From positions 33,046,001-33,110,000 of the forward strand of contig OX597817.1 of NCBI GenBank assembly GCA_951406725.2: a stretch of DNA of 64,000 bases, given 5' to 3'. This DNA is from Octopus vulgaris. Lineage: Eukaryota. Under the pieces are notes generated by a model. That model was not told the origin of the DNA. It searched no databases and saw only the letters and a list, made by a program, of their open reading frames with translations. This document shows positions 1 to 12,903 of the stretch, piece after piece; positions within the stretch are counted from its first letter, which is position 1, and the number at the start of each line of letters is the position of its first letter. The position numbers were made by a program, and so were the translations under genes.

Positions 1-2437
1 CATATATGGCATCAATGACTGCGTGTGTTTTCATTTCTTGTGTTAGCATTTTATCTCCCATGGGGGGATTTGAAATAAATAAAAACCTTTAAATTGGTTT
101 GAAGAGAGTAATATACAAATAATTAAGTGTCCTCATATATCCCCTGCACTATATATATATATATATATATATTGTTGAGTTTAACTATAAATTTTATTTG
201 GCTATGAAGAGTTACAGATGTGAAAGTGAACTTGAGAGTTAATTAGTTTCTCAGATAACACACTAGAAAATAATTACTTTCTATTGCCAGTTACTCTTAA
301 GATGATTTATGATGGAAATATATCTAATGAACTATTTGGCAATTAATGCATTCAAGATAGTTGAGAATCAAGTAATATCTCTTTGTTTCTGGGAATTTGA
401 ACAAGAAAAGAAATCTAATTATGATTCTTGATAATTTTATCAACTCTCAGTTATTTTGGAGCTTCTTAAAAATAATGACAAATATAATATCAGAATTTTT
501 TTTTTTTTTTTAAATTCCAGTATTATAGAAGTAATTGTGTTTCAACTTGGTTTTTTTTTTTTTATGGGTTGCTAATTGTAAATTAAAAAAATCTGATATC
601 AGTTCAGCCCTTGCCAGCATGGAAAGCAGATGTTGAAGGAGGAGGAGGAGAAGGATGATGGAAGTGATAATGATGTTGATAATGATTTGTATTGCTGGAA
701 TCTGGAATTTATTATAAATGACAACTTTTCTTTGTGACATTTTTATTTGTTGCTTCCAAACTACGTATTTGTTCTTTTAAATCAGCCATGGGTATCCTGT
801 AGCTCATATGACTTTCTGAATGGCACACTTAAAGAAAAATTACTTAAAATATATTTAGTAGTGTGGCCTGTCTAATGATGAGCCATGTCTCATGTAGACT
901 ACGTCTCCAAAAAAAAAAAAAGGGTGCCTATGTCTGTTTTAAATGGTTATTTTCTCTTATTCTTTGTTTGTCTCTCATTCTCTCTGTCTTCATCAAAGAA
1001 CCTGTTATGCATTCTATATTCTTTTTTTTCCCCTTCAGCGATTTGATCTTTTCCAGGAGGTGAGGTTTAGTTTTTTGTGTTTTGTCTTTTACACAATAAA
1101 AATGCAATATACCTTTCTGCTTGTTCTGCACTGTAACAAAACAAAAATGCCCCTCCCCCCACCAGTTTTCAATCTCAGTAGCACTGATTACATTTATGCT
1201 ATTGTGTTTCTTGTTTGTGATTATATATATATATATATGTATGTATATGTATGTATGTATATGTAAGAACCCAGGTCATAAAAAACAGGCTCTAATATAT
1301 TCCTCAATGGAGTGGGTATATTGATATTTATACTATACAGTATTGTAGATCCATTTCAGGTGATTTTTACCGAACAGTTTTGCAATTGAGATAGTGCCAA
1401 GATGGAAGATACTTTCCATACCAGCCCTTCTGATGAGTGCCATTTTAGGTTATCCCCTAATTTGTGTGTAAAACCAATTTGTAAAATCAAATCAGCCGAA
1501 GTGGATCTAGAATACTATATATATATATATATATATATATATCTTTACTAAGTCTTAATGAAGATTGTACCTGTTAATAAAAGCCTTACATATAAGCAAT
1601 AAAAAGAAGTAAACAACTGAAAATAAATATTAATTTGTTCCTCTTTATCTATATATTAGTTTGTGTTTTGTTATAGTACACTGTGTATTATTCCTCTGGT
1701 TCTCCTGATCATAATGGTGTTCTCTGGTTGTAGTTAGTTCTCATGTCCCTTGGCAAAACACTCTGTTCTAGTTGTATTATATCAGCATTGGGCATTTTAG
1801 ATTGCCTTTCTATATATTCTCTCTTTTTGGTTTCCTTCTCTCTATACCCTACCTTTGTCTCATATTATTTTCCTTTTATCTTTCTTTCTCTCTCCTTTCA
1901 CTTTCCTTTCTTTGGCACTTTGTCTTGATTTCTTCTTGTTTTTTTTTTTTTTATTTTCTCAAATCTGATTTTGTTATTCCATTGTTTTTTTTTCCTGTCT
2001 TTCCCTAATTTTTTTATCCAGTTCTCTCTCACTCCTTTTCCCCTCGTTTCAACCCTTTCTTGCACTTACTCCCTAGCATGTCCTACAACACGTAAGCCTA
2101 AACTGACTTATTGCATCCTGAAAGTTTGTTCTATTGCTGGCATCTTGAATACTTTCTCGTCCTTTGTAATGTGAAGCTGGTTGGATATTGTGATTCCTAA
2201 CTGTTACAATAGTTTTACTGCCACCAGGTCTATATCACTACACCAATCACAATGATTTCATAATCATATTGTAGCCAACATAAAAGATAAAAAAAAAAAA
2301 GAAAACACTCATTTCTGTTCTAAACATTTACATAATTTTATGCAGGTATTTCAAATTACATTTCATGTGCACTTATGTTTAATATTTAAACATATGAATT
2401 CAGTGGAGAGACAAAGAGGCACAGATATACTATCAAA

Positions 2438-2876
2438 GGCAGCGAGCTAGCAGAAATATTAGCATGCCGGGTGAAATGCTTAGTGGTATTTCGTCTGTAA
2501 AAGCGGCAAGCTGACAGAATTGTTAGCATGCTGGACGAAATGCTTAGCAGCATTTCGTCTGCCACTGCGTTCTGAGTTCAAATTCCGCCGAGGTCAACTT
2601 TGCCGTTCATCTTTTTGGATGTCGATTAAATAAGTACCAGTTACGCACTGGGGTCGATATAATCGACTTAATCCGTTTGTCTGTCCTGGTTTGTCCTCTC
2701 TGTGTTTAGCCCTTTGTGAGTAGTAAAGAAATAGGTATTTCATCTGCCGTTACGTTCCGAGTTCAAATTCCGCCAAGGTCAACTTTGCCATTCAACCTTT
2801 CGGGGTCATACTGTGGTTGATCTAATCGACTGCTCCCCCGCCTCAAAATTTTCAGGCCTTGTGCCTAGAGTAGGAA
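2438..2876 (+). mobile_element. tRNA-derived SINE with a second copy nested inside it
   Basis: 15-bp TSD AGATATACTATCAAA (2423-2437 / 2877-2891); inner copy ~2499-2733 flanked by GGTATTTC(G/A)TCTG; GAGTTCAAATTCC B-box; conserved CTTTCATCCTTTCGGGGTCGATAAA-type central domain. Confidence 0.88.
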
Positions 2877-3666
2877 AGATATACTATCAAATGTACACAC
2901 ATATAACACTACTAAAATAAAATATGTCAGTAACTCAATAGAATAATAATAAAAAAACTGTTTTATTTGAAAATGTTTTAAATTGGGGAAGTACTTTTTC
3001 CGTCAGTTAATTTTATAATCTTAAACAATCTTGATATTTAATTAATTAATTAAGAAATTAAGCATTTACTTATTCTTTAATGAGTTCTGCTGGCATGAAA
3101 ATGGTCAGAGTCTTCAATTCTAATTTGACTTTTATGGATATTTCTCTCTTTCCTTTTCAGATTAAATTTCATTTTGTCACTCATAGTTACCACTTTCTAT
3201 TAGTTATATTCATGACAAAGATTTTACTTTACTAATATAGATCTTTTTATGTATTTTTATATATCATGACTAACTTGTAAAACATGCACCACCAACACAT
3301 ATTTTAGGGTGTTCACTAAAGTTTTTGTCATAAGTGTCATGTTCTACTTAAAATCATGAATATATCCTGTTGTTGGCTAAGATTTCAGATGTCAGAATTG
3401 GTATGATGTTCACTATATGCTCGGAGCCTGTAATTCTATTTCAAGCCCAACCTTAGTTAATATAGTAATTTTTATTCTTCTGAGGTTGATTTCCTAATTG
3501 ATTAATAGGAGTAGCTAACGAAGGAAGCTCATAAATACTTCATGATATTTCAAACATACAAAAGTTATGACACCATACAAACTTATTTTGTGTTTAGAAT
3601 TTTAAAAATGTTTTAGGTTGATATTATTTCCTGGTGAATACCTGTAACAGTCATTTCTCCTTTTAA

Positions 3667-3885
3667 CCCTTTAGCATTTAAACTGGCCATATCTGGCCAA
3701 AATATTCTACTTTTATGGTTCAAACTGGTCAGATCCAACATCTCACACCTACCCTACAATGTCATTGTAAAAATAAACAATCACATCACTGAGATCTTGA
3801 AGCCACAAAATAATGCATGATTAATTCAAAACAATGTGGATAAATAAGCATTACATTTTGACAGAATAATCTAGATGCTAAAGGG
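3667..3885. mobile_element. piggyBac-like MITE, family A
   Basis: TTAA|CCCTTTAGCATT ... ATGCTAAAGGG|TTAA. Confidence 0.85.
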
Positions 3886-4692
3886 TTAATAGATATTGTG
3901 ATATGAAACCTTCATAATGTTGGTGAATTTAAAATATAGAGTTCATGTGAAATGATTCAAATCCAGTTCTGTAAACCATCAGGTTGCGTAATCAAGTTAA
4001 CAAATTTGAATTGTGATTCAGTATCAATTTTATATCTCTCTTTCTCTCTCTCACCCCTTTTCCCTAAAAGGTAATGAAAAATTAGGGATATGGACCTTCA
4101 TGCTTTGCTGAAAGACAACTAGTTTTCAAAAGTAGTATAATTATTTAACTTCTCAAGTTAAAATATCTATGAACATGATACATTCCTTTCATCTGTCTGA
4201 CTGTTTGTCTCTCTCTTTCTCTCACTTTCTGCTCTTCAATTTGCAAAATGGCTTTTTCAGTAATTCCTTGTCAACTATTCTTCAGGTATGTTACTGTTGA
4301 ATAGTTTGCTTCTTTAAGAAGCACACATTCTCAGCCAAAACATATCAATTATTTTATTTTCACCATTGTTAGACAAGTGATTATTCATATTTTTTGATCA
4401 GACATTTATATAGCAATTTTCCCTACAAATTTCAATATTGGACCATTATTATACAACCAAGAACATGTTAACATTCTCTAATCATAACCCCATTTCTGTA
4501 TATCCTTTAGTGGTATAATAAAGAAATATATTGTATTTGAACAAAGCTTAAAGGAAAATATTAACATATATATAAATGCAGAAGCATTGAGAGATATATA
4601 ATTATATCATTTATCAGTGTATTGCAAAGCAAATGCAACTATACATAAGAGCTTGTAAAATACTAAGTTAAAACTCTCTTGCATAGAAAAAA

Positions 4693-4767
4693 GGCTACCA
4701 GCAGGATTTGAACCATACATTTTCAGTGACCATGTCAGACATGCTAACCAACTGCACCAAAGTAACC
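4693..4767 (-). pseudogene. Second copy of the tRNA-like cassette (inverted)
   Basis: Reverse complement of 5607-5681 with 3 differences; A6 at 4687-4692 gives a T6 terminator on the minus strand. Confidence 0.55.
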
Positions 4768-5606
4768 TTTAAAAGAATTATTTACATGAAATAGGTTACT
4801 TCTTTCCATTCCACTTAGTGGTGTAGCCAATTTTGAAGGTAATAAATAAGCATTTGTAGGTTACTGGTACTTTATTAAATCTGGAATGTTGAAAAATAAT
4901 TACTAGAAGATCTAAACCTAGTTATGTGATGAAGCTTGTTACCATATGGCTTGCTATCTTTGCAGCAAAATCACTGCAAAAGCTGCATTAAACAAACTAT
5001 CTGTTCTATACAACTGAATCTAACAGTTTGTTCTTTGTTATGCACGTCATTCATTTGACACTTGACAATTAGTTGCAATCAAAATAGTGTCATGCCAGCT
5101 TCAAAGAACTAAGATTTTGAGATGAGGGTTACAATTCTCTCTTTAAACGAGGTGGAAGGAAACATGACAAAATCAAGTTTTAAGATCTCGGCTTATTTTA
5201 ATAAGCAAATGTCAGATACAGCTTGTTATATGTTCTGCACTACAGTTTGCTATTTGATATTCTGTGTCATTTGTATAGCATAACTTTAATTGTATATAAT
5301 GAGGCTTTGTTTGCCTTGTAGCCTTGATAGAATGTTACACTAATGGACTAAAATAAGTTGAAGTTTGCTGGCTCAAATACTTAAAACACTGTCATATTAA
5401 TTAAAAGGCCATTTGATTTGCTCCAAGGGGAAACAAGTCAGAAGTGAATTTATCAAAAATAGCACCTGGATGCAGGTATACATATGTAAATAATTCTTTT
5501 AAAGTGTATATCTTTAGAAGAAACTAACAAATTTCATGAAAGCTAGAACACAGAAATAAACAAAACTCTAGATTTAAGCTTCCAATTTATTGGAAGAGAG
5601 CCCAAA

Positions 5607-5681
5607 GGTTACATTGGTGCAGTTGGTTAGCATGTCCAACATGGTCACTGAAAATGTATGGTTCAAATCCTGCTGGTAGCC
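5607..5681 (+). pseudogene. tRNA-like / tRNA-derived Pol III cassette (anticodon not assignable)
   Basis: A-box-like TGGTGCAGTTGGTTAGC, B-box GGTTCAAATCC, terminal pairing GGTTAC/GTAGCC, T6 run immediately after (5682-5687); anticodon and T stems pair poorly. Confidence 0.55.
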
Positions 5682-7387
5682 TTTTTTCTATGCAAGAGAG
5701 TTTTAACTTAGTATTTTACAAGCTCTTATGTATAGTTACATTTGCTTTGCAATACACTGATAAATGATATAATTATATATCTCTCAATGCTTCTGCATTT
5801 ATATTTTATATGTAAAAATAAAAAGGCTTTAGCATTTGATAGAGAAACTTAACTAAATAGAAATAGAAGTCAGGGTTCTTTCTTAGTAACGTTTAAAGTG
5901 AAATCTTTGTTCACTAAACTAATTTATTTCTTACAAGTGATTTAGAAAAATAATAAAGTTATTTATAGGTATATTAAGCTGGTATTTGAAATAGAGTAAT
6001 TTACTTATTGAAACCTGATATTATTCTTTCAAGTAGGAATACAGATTTCAAACAAGATTTATACAGTCTCAGATGTGTTGGATTGGAAAGAGTTAAAGTG
6101 GAAAGCAGTCAACTACATTAACAGCTCCAATAGCATACATCACATGTGCATTAACACACGCATACACACGCTCCCATTCACTTTGATCAGGTTCAAATAA
6201 AAGATTTCTATACCTTTCATTACATGCCTTAGAGTTATATCAGAATTTTATATTATGTATTCAAAAAGTTCCTATTTTCCAGTAATTTTCAGTCTACTAA
6301 TACACACACCTTCATGTAATTTTGTGATGTGATTAGTTTTACTGAAAAATTTTTTGTTTTTAATAAGAATTCTTAGACTCACTAGCTAGTACGTATACAG
6401 TTGTTAATATGTTAGAAATTCCTTTTCCATAGATTCTTTTCATGAATTCCAAATTGATTCAAAAAAATATTTCTAATAAAATACTATGCTTTTATTTGAC
6501 TAGTTTTTCATTAATAATTTAGGAAATTCCATGTTGTACATGATTGCATGATCAGTTGGTTCTTTTTAGATTAACTAGAATTATTTACTGACCTAATTAT
6601 AATAACTTATTGATATATTTTGCCCTACTCTTACATTAGGAGTTCAGATATCCTCATGGCTGTATATGAACTGATAGTCAAATAACTAGGTGTTTACTAC
6701 CTGATGCATTTCCTAATTATGATAACTATAATAATCAATATTTAATTACTGTTATGTACTAATTTGAAACTTGTAAGTATTACATTATTGATTGTGTTTT
6801 ATCTGCATTCCTGATAGGAGGAAAAAAAAAGGTCCAGTAGCTGATTAGGGTTTAGTCAAAGAACTTGCAGTATACATGCAATTCAATAATATGAATTTTT
6901 GAGCTCTTTGGGCAAAACTTTAAAACTTTACCTGCATGAAAAGAATGACCATGCATTTAAGAAATTGGCATTACAATCCCATGGTTTCAATTTCACTATG
7001 TAGTGCCTTGGGCAAGGACCTTCTACTGTAGCCTCAGGTTGATCCAATCATTCATTTTAAGTGTAGCTGGGTTGATAGACACCATGCAGGTCTATCAGGT
7101 TCACCATGTTATTTGGGTAGTAGACTTTATTGGTGTCTGCTTTAACACCAACATATTGCTCTTGAGTACCTTTAGCGGAGTTGAATCTGTTGCAAGTATT
7201 TGAATCAGTTCTCTAGACTTAGGATAGCCAGTCATGGTTCCTCCCTTTACCCTTCATATTATTGAATCCTGTGAAATGTCATGGGCTCTGCTCTTCTTCC
7301 AAAACAGAAAAAGTCCCTATATTTAAATTAGGTACTAAGGTAGGAACAGCTTATTAGCCCAGCAGTGATAACAGTTGGTCATGTTAG

Positions 7388-7603
7388 TCCTTTAGCATTC
7401 AAACTGGCCTTATCCAACCCAAATAGTCTACATGTTTTATGTTCAAGCTAGCCAGATTTGGCCTCTTACACCTATCCTACAATGTCATTCTTAAAATATA
7501 TAATTACATTGTTGAAATCTCACAGCTACAAGGTAATACATGATTAATTCAAAACAATGTTAATAACTACTACATTTGACCAAGTAATCTGAATGCTAAA
7601 AGG
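7388..7603. mobile_element. piggyBac-like MITE, family A
   Basis: Homologous to 3667-3885; degenerate TIRs; right TTAA intact. Confidence 0.8.
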
Positions 7604-7878
7604 TTAATGATAAACTGAGGGTCATTATCTTGATAATATTTCATTTCTATAGATTTCTCTATGTAGAGAGAACACAGACCAGAATGTAAACTTGAGTCAT
7701 TTTATAATTTTCATATTAATTTTTCCCTCCTCATTTGTTTTTTCTAATTTTTAACTAATTTCCTTGTAGGATTTGGTGTCTTTGAGATTTTTTCAGACCA
7801 TCTATTGTTAATTTCTTGATTTTGTTATTTTACAATTGTTAAATGGTCTTTTATATACTTTCTTGTTTTCTCTTCCAG

Positions 7879-7983
7879 CTCTATACAGCACGAGATATTG
7901 TATACGAGAGTCTGAAGAAAGATCCAGACAAGAGGACTGAAGATGATATTGAAACACTTTTGGATTTTATGAGACACTTTTCT
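7879..7983 (+). CDS. RAPGEF2: PDZ-GEF exon, pre-cNMP helical region (LYTARDIVYESLKKDPDKRTEDDIETLLDFMRHFS)
   Basis: ttccag|CTC ... TCT|gtaaat; 105 nt, phase 0-0; resembles RAPGEF2 RDxVRDCLEKDPxDRTDDDIEQLLEF. Confidence 0.93.
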
Positions 7984-8589
7984 GTAAATATTTATTCCTT
8001 TTTTTTTGTTCTTTTAATAATATACCAAAATAAAGATCTTTAATGAATAAGACAAGATAGAAATTTGAAGCAAATGATTTAAATTATTTATGCTTTGTAA
8101 ATTATAAAAGCATAAAGTAAAACAAGAAAAGAATTTTCATTGTGCTTTTAGCAGCTGTGAAGCTAAAATGTTGAATTAATGATTGCAATATGATTAATAT
8201 CCTTGTTATTATGTTGTCAAGATGTTGTTGCCCTCAGGCAAGAATAGTTTCACTGCATGTTTTTGTTAACCTGACTATTTCATTTCACCATTGAGAAGAT
8301 AATTCAAATATTTATTCCAATAATTTATATGCAAATTTCCAGATCTACAAGTCTATTGAACTCTTAGATTATTTCAGCAGCACAGCCATTCTGCATTTCT
8401 TGACTCTGTGTGTATTTGTGTGTGTAAAAGCAGCAGATCTTTCAAGGATAGTCAGAGATAGTAAAAATATTTGGCAAAGTAAGATATGAGTTAACTGTAT
8501 AGTCAGTCGGGTAATGTAGAAAAGTACTTTGCCTAATGATTGGCAGAGCAGCTGCATTGTCAACTGTTACAAGAGCCAAAAAGATTCTG

Positions 8590-10045
8590 TAGAAGGAAGC
8601 AAATAAGGAAGCACAAAATATATAGATCAGAAGCATCAAATTGATTGACTAACTTTAAACATGGCAGAACATCATAGCTCAGCTAATTAAGAGTGAATTA
8701 GATGACATACAACTTCGATTTGTACCAAGTTAGGGAGCCACTAATGCCTTCTTTTTAGCAAGACAACTGCAGGACAAGCCCTTAGCTAAAAGAAGACCTC
8801 TATAACTAGCATTTGTAGTCCTGAAGACCCTTGACAGAGTAGCATGCTTTGTAGTCTGGTAGCTGCTGCAAAAATTGGATGTAGATGAATGTCTTGCAGG
8901 AACTATGCAAGTATACAGTTACTGTCAGCAAGATGAGTTAGCAATGAGATCAGTGAGCAATTTAACATACAGATTGGCGTTCATTAAGGTTCAGTTCTCA
9001 GCCCGTTCCTATTTATTATGGCTCTCAGAGCTATAAAAGAAGAATTAAACTGATTGTTGGTAGGAACTTCTAATGAAGAGTTAAAGTTAGCAAGAAAGAA
9101 TACAGAACTCTATTGCTAAATGGTAAGTGATTCTTGATATGCAGAAAAGGTATATGAAGGCACTCTATACTATGAATCCTATGTAAACTGTGAGTGCATA
9201 AAAGTAATGGTAGGGTTATAGGAAACTGACAGAGAAGTAATACTTCATATGTAGTAGATGTATGAGGGTATACTCATGAAATTTTTGAAACTGCTCATAA
9301 AGCTCATTAGTCCTTTCGTTACCGTATTTATTTTGAGATGCTCTGTGTTTCTTTCAATTATTTTAAATATAACATAGAATTTAGTAAAATAACTTAGTCA
9401 TCATTCAGCTAGTGTTAAGAACATAAATTGGGACTAAGGTTTGGTGGAAGATTTTAATTCAGAACTTATGAAAACAAGACATTTGTACTACAGAGCCACA
9501 GCCAGTTTCAGCCGGGTTGGTAACGAAAGGGTTAAAAGCATTTGAAAGCTTCTGTTGCATAGGTAACCTAATCAGAAGTAAATGTTGTGAAAGTGTAGTA
9601 GCCAGAGTAAATACCGGGTGAAAACTGTTCAGGGAGTTACTAATTTTAATGGTGATATAGAACTTTACCCTTTATGTGAAAGATACTTTTGTATGAACTA
9701 TGGTATTGCATGATAGCAAAACATAAATATTGAGTACAGAGGATTTGCTAAGGTGAGCTGTTGTGCTAGGTGTGTAATGTTAGCATGCGTGAATGAGGGA
9801 TCACAGGTTAACTGAGAGGAAAACCAGATGTAAGGGGAATCAACTCTAATGTGCTAGTATGTTGATTGGGTGAAAAAGGTGTCAAGTATTCCAAACAATG
9901 TGGCCTGCAGGCATGTGACAAAGTGGCAAAAGCTGATTGTGGGATAATTAACGTCATCAAGGATATGATAAAGGACTACAGGTGGCGGGCTCTTTGCTAG
10001 GAATGTCGGCCTAACCCACTTACACATGTAAAAATGGGTGTAAAA
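8590..10045 (+). mobile_element. Highly decayed RTE-type LINE reverse-transcriptase relic
   Basis: Broken reading of QFGFVP..TxDAxF..RQLQEK..PLY.AFVDLEKAFDRV (~8705-8840) and GVHQGSVLSPxLFII (~8975-9020); many stops and frameshifts. Confidence 0.7.
9311..9531. mobile_element. piggyBac-like MITE, family B, inserted into an old LINE relic
   Basis: (T)CCTTTCGTTACC ... GGTAACGAAAGGG|TTAA TIRs. Confidence 0.75.
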
Positions 10046-11215
10046 TAACTAGGCTATATAGGCACCGGCATGTCTGTATGGTTAAGAAGCTTGTTTTGTA
10101 ACCATGTGATTCCATGTTCAGTCTCACTGCATGGCATTTAAGTGTTTTCTTCTATAGCCCTGGGCACAACCAATGCCTTGTAAGTATATGGAAACTGTGT
10201 GGAAGCCTGTTGTGTGTTTGTGTGTTTGCATCCCTCCACCATTGCTTGACAGTTGGTGTTTTTTTGTTTTTATCATTTTTACACCCCCATAACTTAGCTG
10301 CTCAGCAAAAGTGACTGAGAGAATGGGCAGCAGATTTTTGTTTCAAAAGAAGTTCTGGGGTTGATATGTTTGTCTAAATTTTTCAAGGCTGTGCCCCTGC
10401 ATTGCCACAGTCCAATGACTGAAACAAGGAAAAGATAAAAAGTGTAATGTGCACACACACTTTCTCTCTCTCTCTCTCTCTCTCTCTGGTAGTTTTATGA
10501 ATCACTGAATTCTGTATAATTAGCGCTTACTTGATTTACTGTAGTATTCAGTATAGGGGTAAGATATACTTTTAAATTGTTGATTATTGCCAAAGATGAA
10601 GGCAGTGGGGTTGATTTATATAAAAATATATTCAGATGGTATTAATCTTCCGTGTTATATTGAACACACATTCTCTTTCTATTTTAACATTTACAGCAGC
10701 GTTGTAGAAAAAAAACTGCACTTTCATTTTCAAGAACTCTTTGTAAGATTGTGTGAAACAGTTGCCAAAATTACATAAAACACATTGAAAAAAATTTTTT
10801 TTTCTTTGTGTATTTTCCTCTGATAATTGGTAGTTGTAGTAAATCTGTTTGAAAATCAATGATTTGACTTGATCACTTTGACCCGAGATTGGCATCCACC
10901 CAACTCATAGATTACACGTTTTCTATAAACGCCTGTTCCTGATTAACTATTTCTCAAAAATTCAAATCCATTTAAACAAATTATTACAGGTTCTTTGCTT
11001 TGTAACCACTACTCTCTGGGGCTTTTTAACAATCAAGAAGAAAAATTCTTGTTAGTAATTAGCATATTTTATGAAATGGTGCCAATTTTCTTCAAAAAAA
11101 AGTAAATACTTTTTGGTTCACTTACAACATATTAGAAAATAATTAGAAAGAAATTGAGAAGATTCCATTAATATAACTTGTCTTATTTGAGACTCTAATC
11201 CAACATTCTACATAG

Positions 11216-12150
11216 GCATGGCTGTGTGGTTAAGAAGCTCACTTCACAACCTTGTGGTTTAGAGTTCAGTCCCACTGTGCAGCATATTGGACAAACATCT
11301 TGTACTATATCTCCAAGTTTATCAATGCCTTGAGGGAATTCGGTAAATGGAAACTGTATAGAAGCTTGTGTGTGTGTGTACGTGTACGTGCACATCTATA
11401 TAATATGTGTCTGTGTTTACATGTGGGTATATGTGTGTATATTTTTGCCCCCTCACCATTTGACAACTAGTGCCAATTTATCTATGATCCTTAACTGGGC
11501 AGTTTGGCAAAAGAGTGTAGTAGAAATAGTAGCAAGCTTAAAATAAGTACTGAGTGTAATTTGATCAACTAACCCCTATAAGGTGATGCTCCAGCATGGC
11601 TACAGTCCAATGACCAAATCAAGTAAAAGAGTAAAAGCGGTGGAAATTATGTTGAGTAGAGTAGGAAAATATTTAATTTGGTAGTTTTGAAAATTTATAT
11701 TTTTGAGTTAAGATTTTGTAAAGCATGGCTGTGTGGTAAGATGTTTGCTTGCCTACCACATGGTCCTGGGTTCAGTCCCACTGCATGTCACCTTGGGCAA
11801 GTGTCTTCTGTAATGGCCTAGGGCTGACCAAAGCCTTGTGAATGGATTTGGTAGATGTAAACTCTGTGTTTGACTCTCCTTTTCTTGACACCATGTGACT
11901 GTCATGTAAGTAGTGTTATTCATTTCCAATATTCTTTGAGGTGGCAGAATTGTTAGCAGGCCTGGCAAAATGCTTAGTGCCTTTATTTTTATCCATCCTT
12001 ATGTTCTGAGCTCAAATCCTACCAAGGTTGACTTCACCTTTCATCCTTTTGGGATCAATAAAATTAGTACCAATTGAACATTAGGGCCAATGCAACTGAT
12101 TTACTCACCCACTGAAATTGGTGGCTTTGTGCCAAAATTTGAAACCAATA
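11216..12150 (+). mobile_element. Cluster of degenerate tRNA-SINEs (both families)
   Basis: Heads at ~11216 and ~11722 (GGCTGTGTGGTAAG...) and ~11940 (GGCAGAATTGTTAGCA...). Confidence 0.72.
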
Positions 12151-12624
12151 TTCTGTGAGATCATGTTTGGGCATGGTGAAATATTACCTTGCTTAGAAAT
12201 AAGTGAGTGTTGGCTACAGGAATGACCATTGGGTGTAAAAAATCTGCCTCCATACACTCTGACTCATGCTAGCATGGAAAAGTGATGCTAAATTATTGGT
12301 TTTGTGGGTGTTTAAAGATAATGGCAAATTATCCCTTTGTTCTGTCAAATTTATTATCTCATGTGGTCATTAAAATGTGCTACCACTTGTTGATGTGTCA
12401 TTTCTGTGCATATTTAATAAGGATGTTTAATTTTACTTTTATTATTTATTTATTTTATCTCATACCATGAATAATAATCTTTTAAGTCAGATACACTATG
12501 AAAAGTTGAAAAAGAGTTAACTGATATTTAACTTAGATTTTGGCACTAGAGATTCTGGCATTTAAAATTCTGTGTCCATTGTTAGAGATGGGAATTTTAA
12601 TCTTTCTTTTCTTTTTTCTACACT

Positions 12625-12903
12625 CATCATCATCATCAGCATCATCATCATTTAACGTCCGCTTTCCATGCTGGCATGGGTTGGACAGTTTGACTCAGAA
12701 CTGGCGAGCCAAATGGCTGCACCAGGCTCCAATCTGATCTGGCAGAGTTTCTACAGCTGGATGCCCTTCCTAACACCAACCACTCCAAGAGAGTAGTGGG
12801 TGCTTTTACGTGCCACCGGCACGAGGGCCAGTCAGGCGGTACTGGCAACGGCCACGCTCAAATAGTGTTTTTTACGTGCCACCTGCACAGGAGCCAGTCC
12901 AGT
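12625..12903 (-). mobile_element. (GAT)n-tailed RTE 3'-end/SINE fragment
   Basis: (CAT)n-TTTAACGTCCGCTTTCCATGCTGGCATGGGTTGGAC..., reverse complement of 52850-53137. Confidence 0.85.

Larger units (their letters stand above)
4570..5804. repeat. Long inverted duplication: arms 4570-4770 and 5604-5804 (201 bp each), 833-bp spacer
   Basis: Read by eye, the arms are reverse complements with about 4 mismatches. Confidence 0.93.

Noticed and set aside
3141-3235. Strong acceptor at 3160
   Set aside because: No convincing donor, and the downstream frame shows no family similarity.
4261-4291. 25-nt AG..GT unit and cttcag|gtatgt juxtaposition
   Set aside because: Not frame-preserving, starts with TAA, and the pyrimidine tract is modest; within chance expectation.
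4693-5681. Calling the tRNA-like units functional tRNA genes
   Set aside because: Anticodon and T stems do not pair canonically; reported as tRNA-like pseudogenes only.
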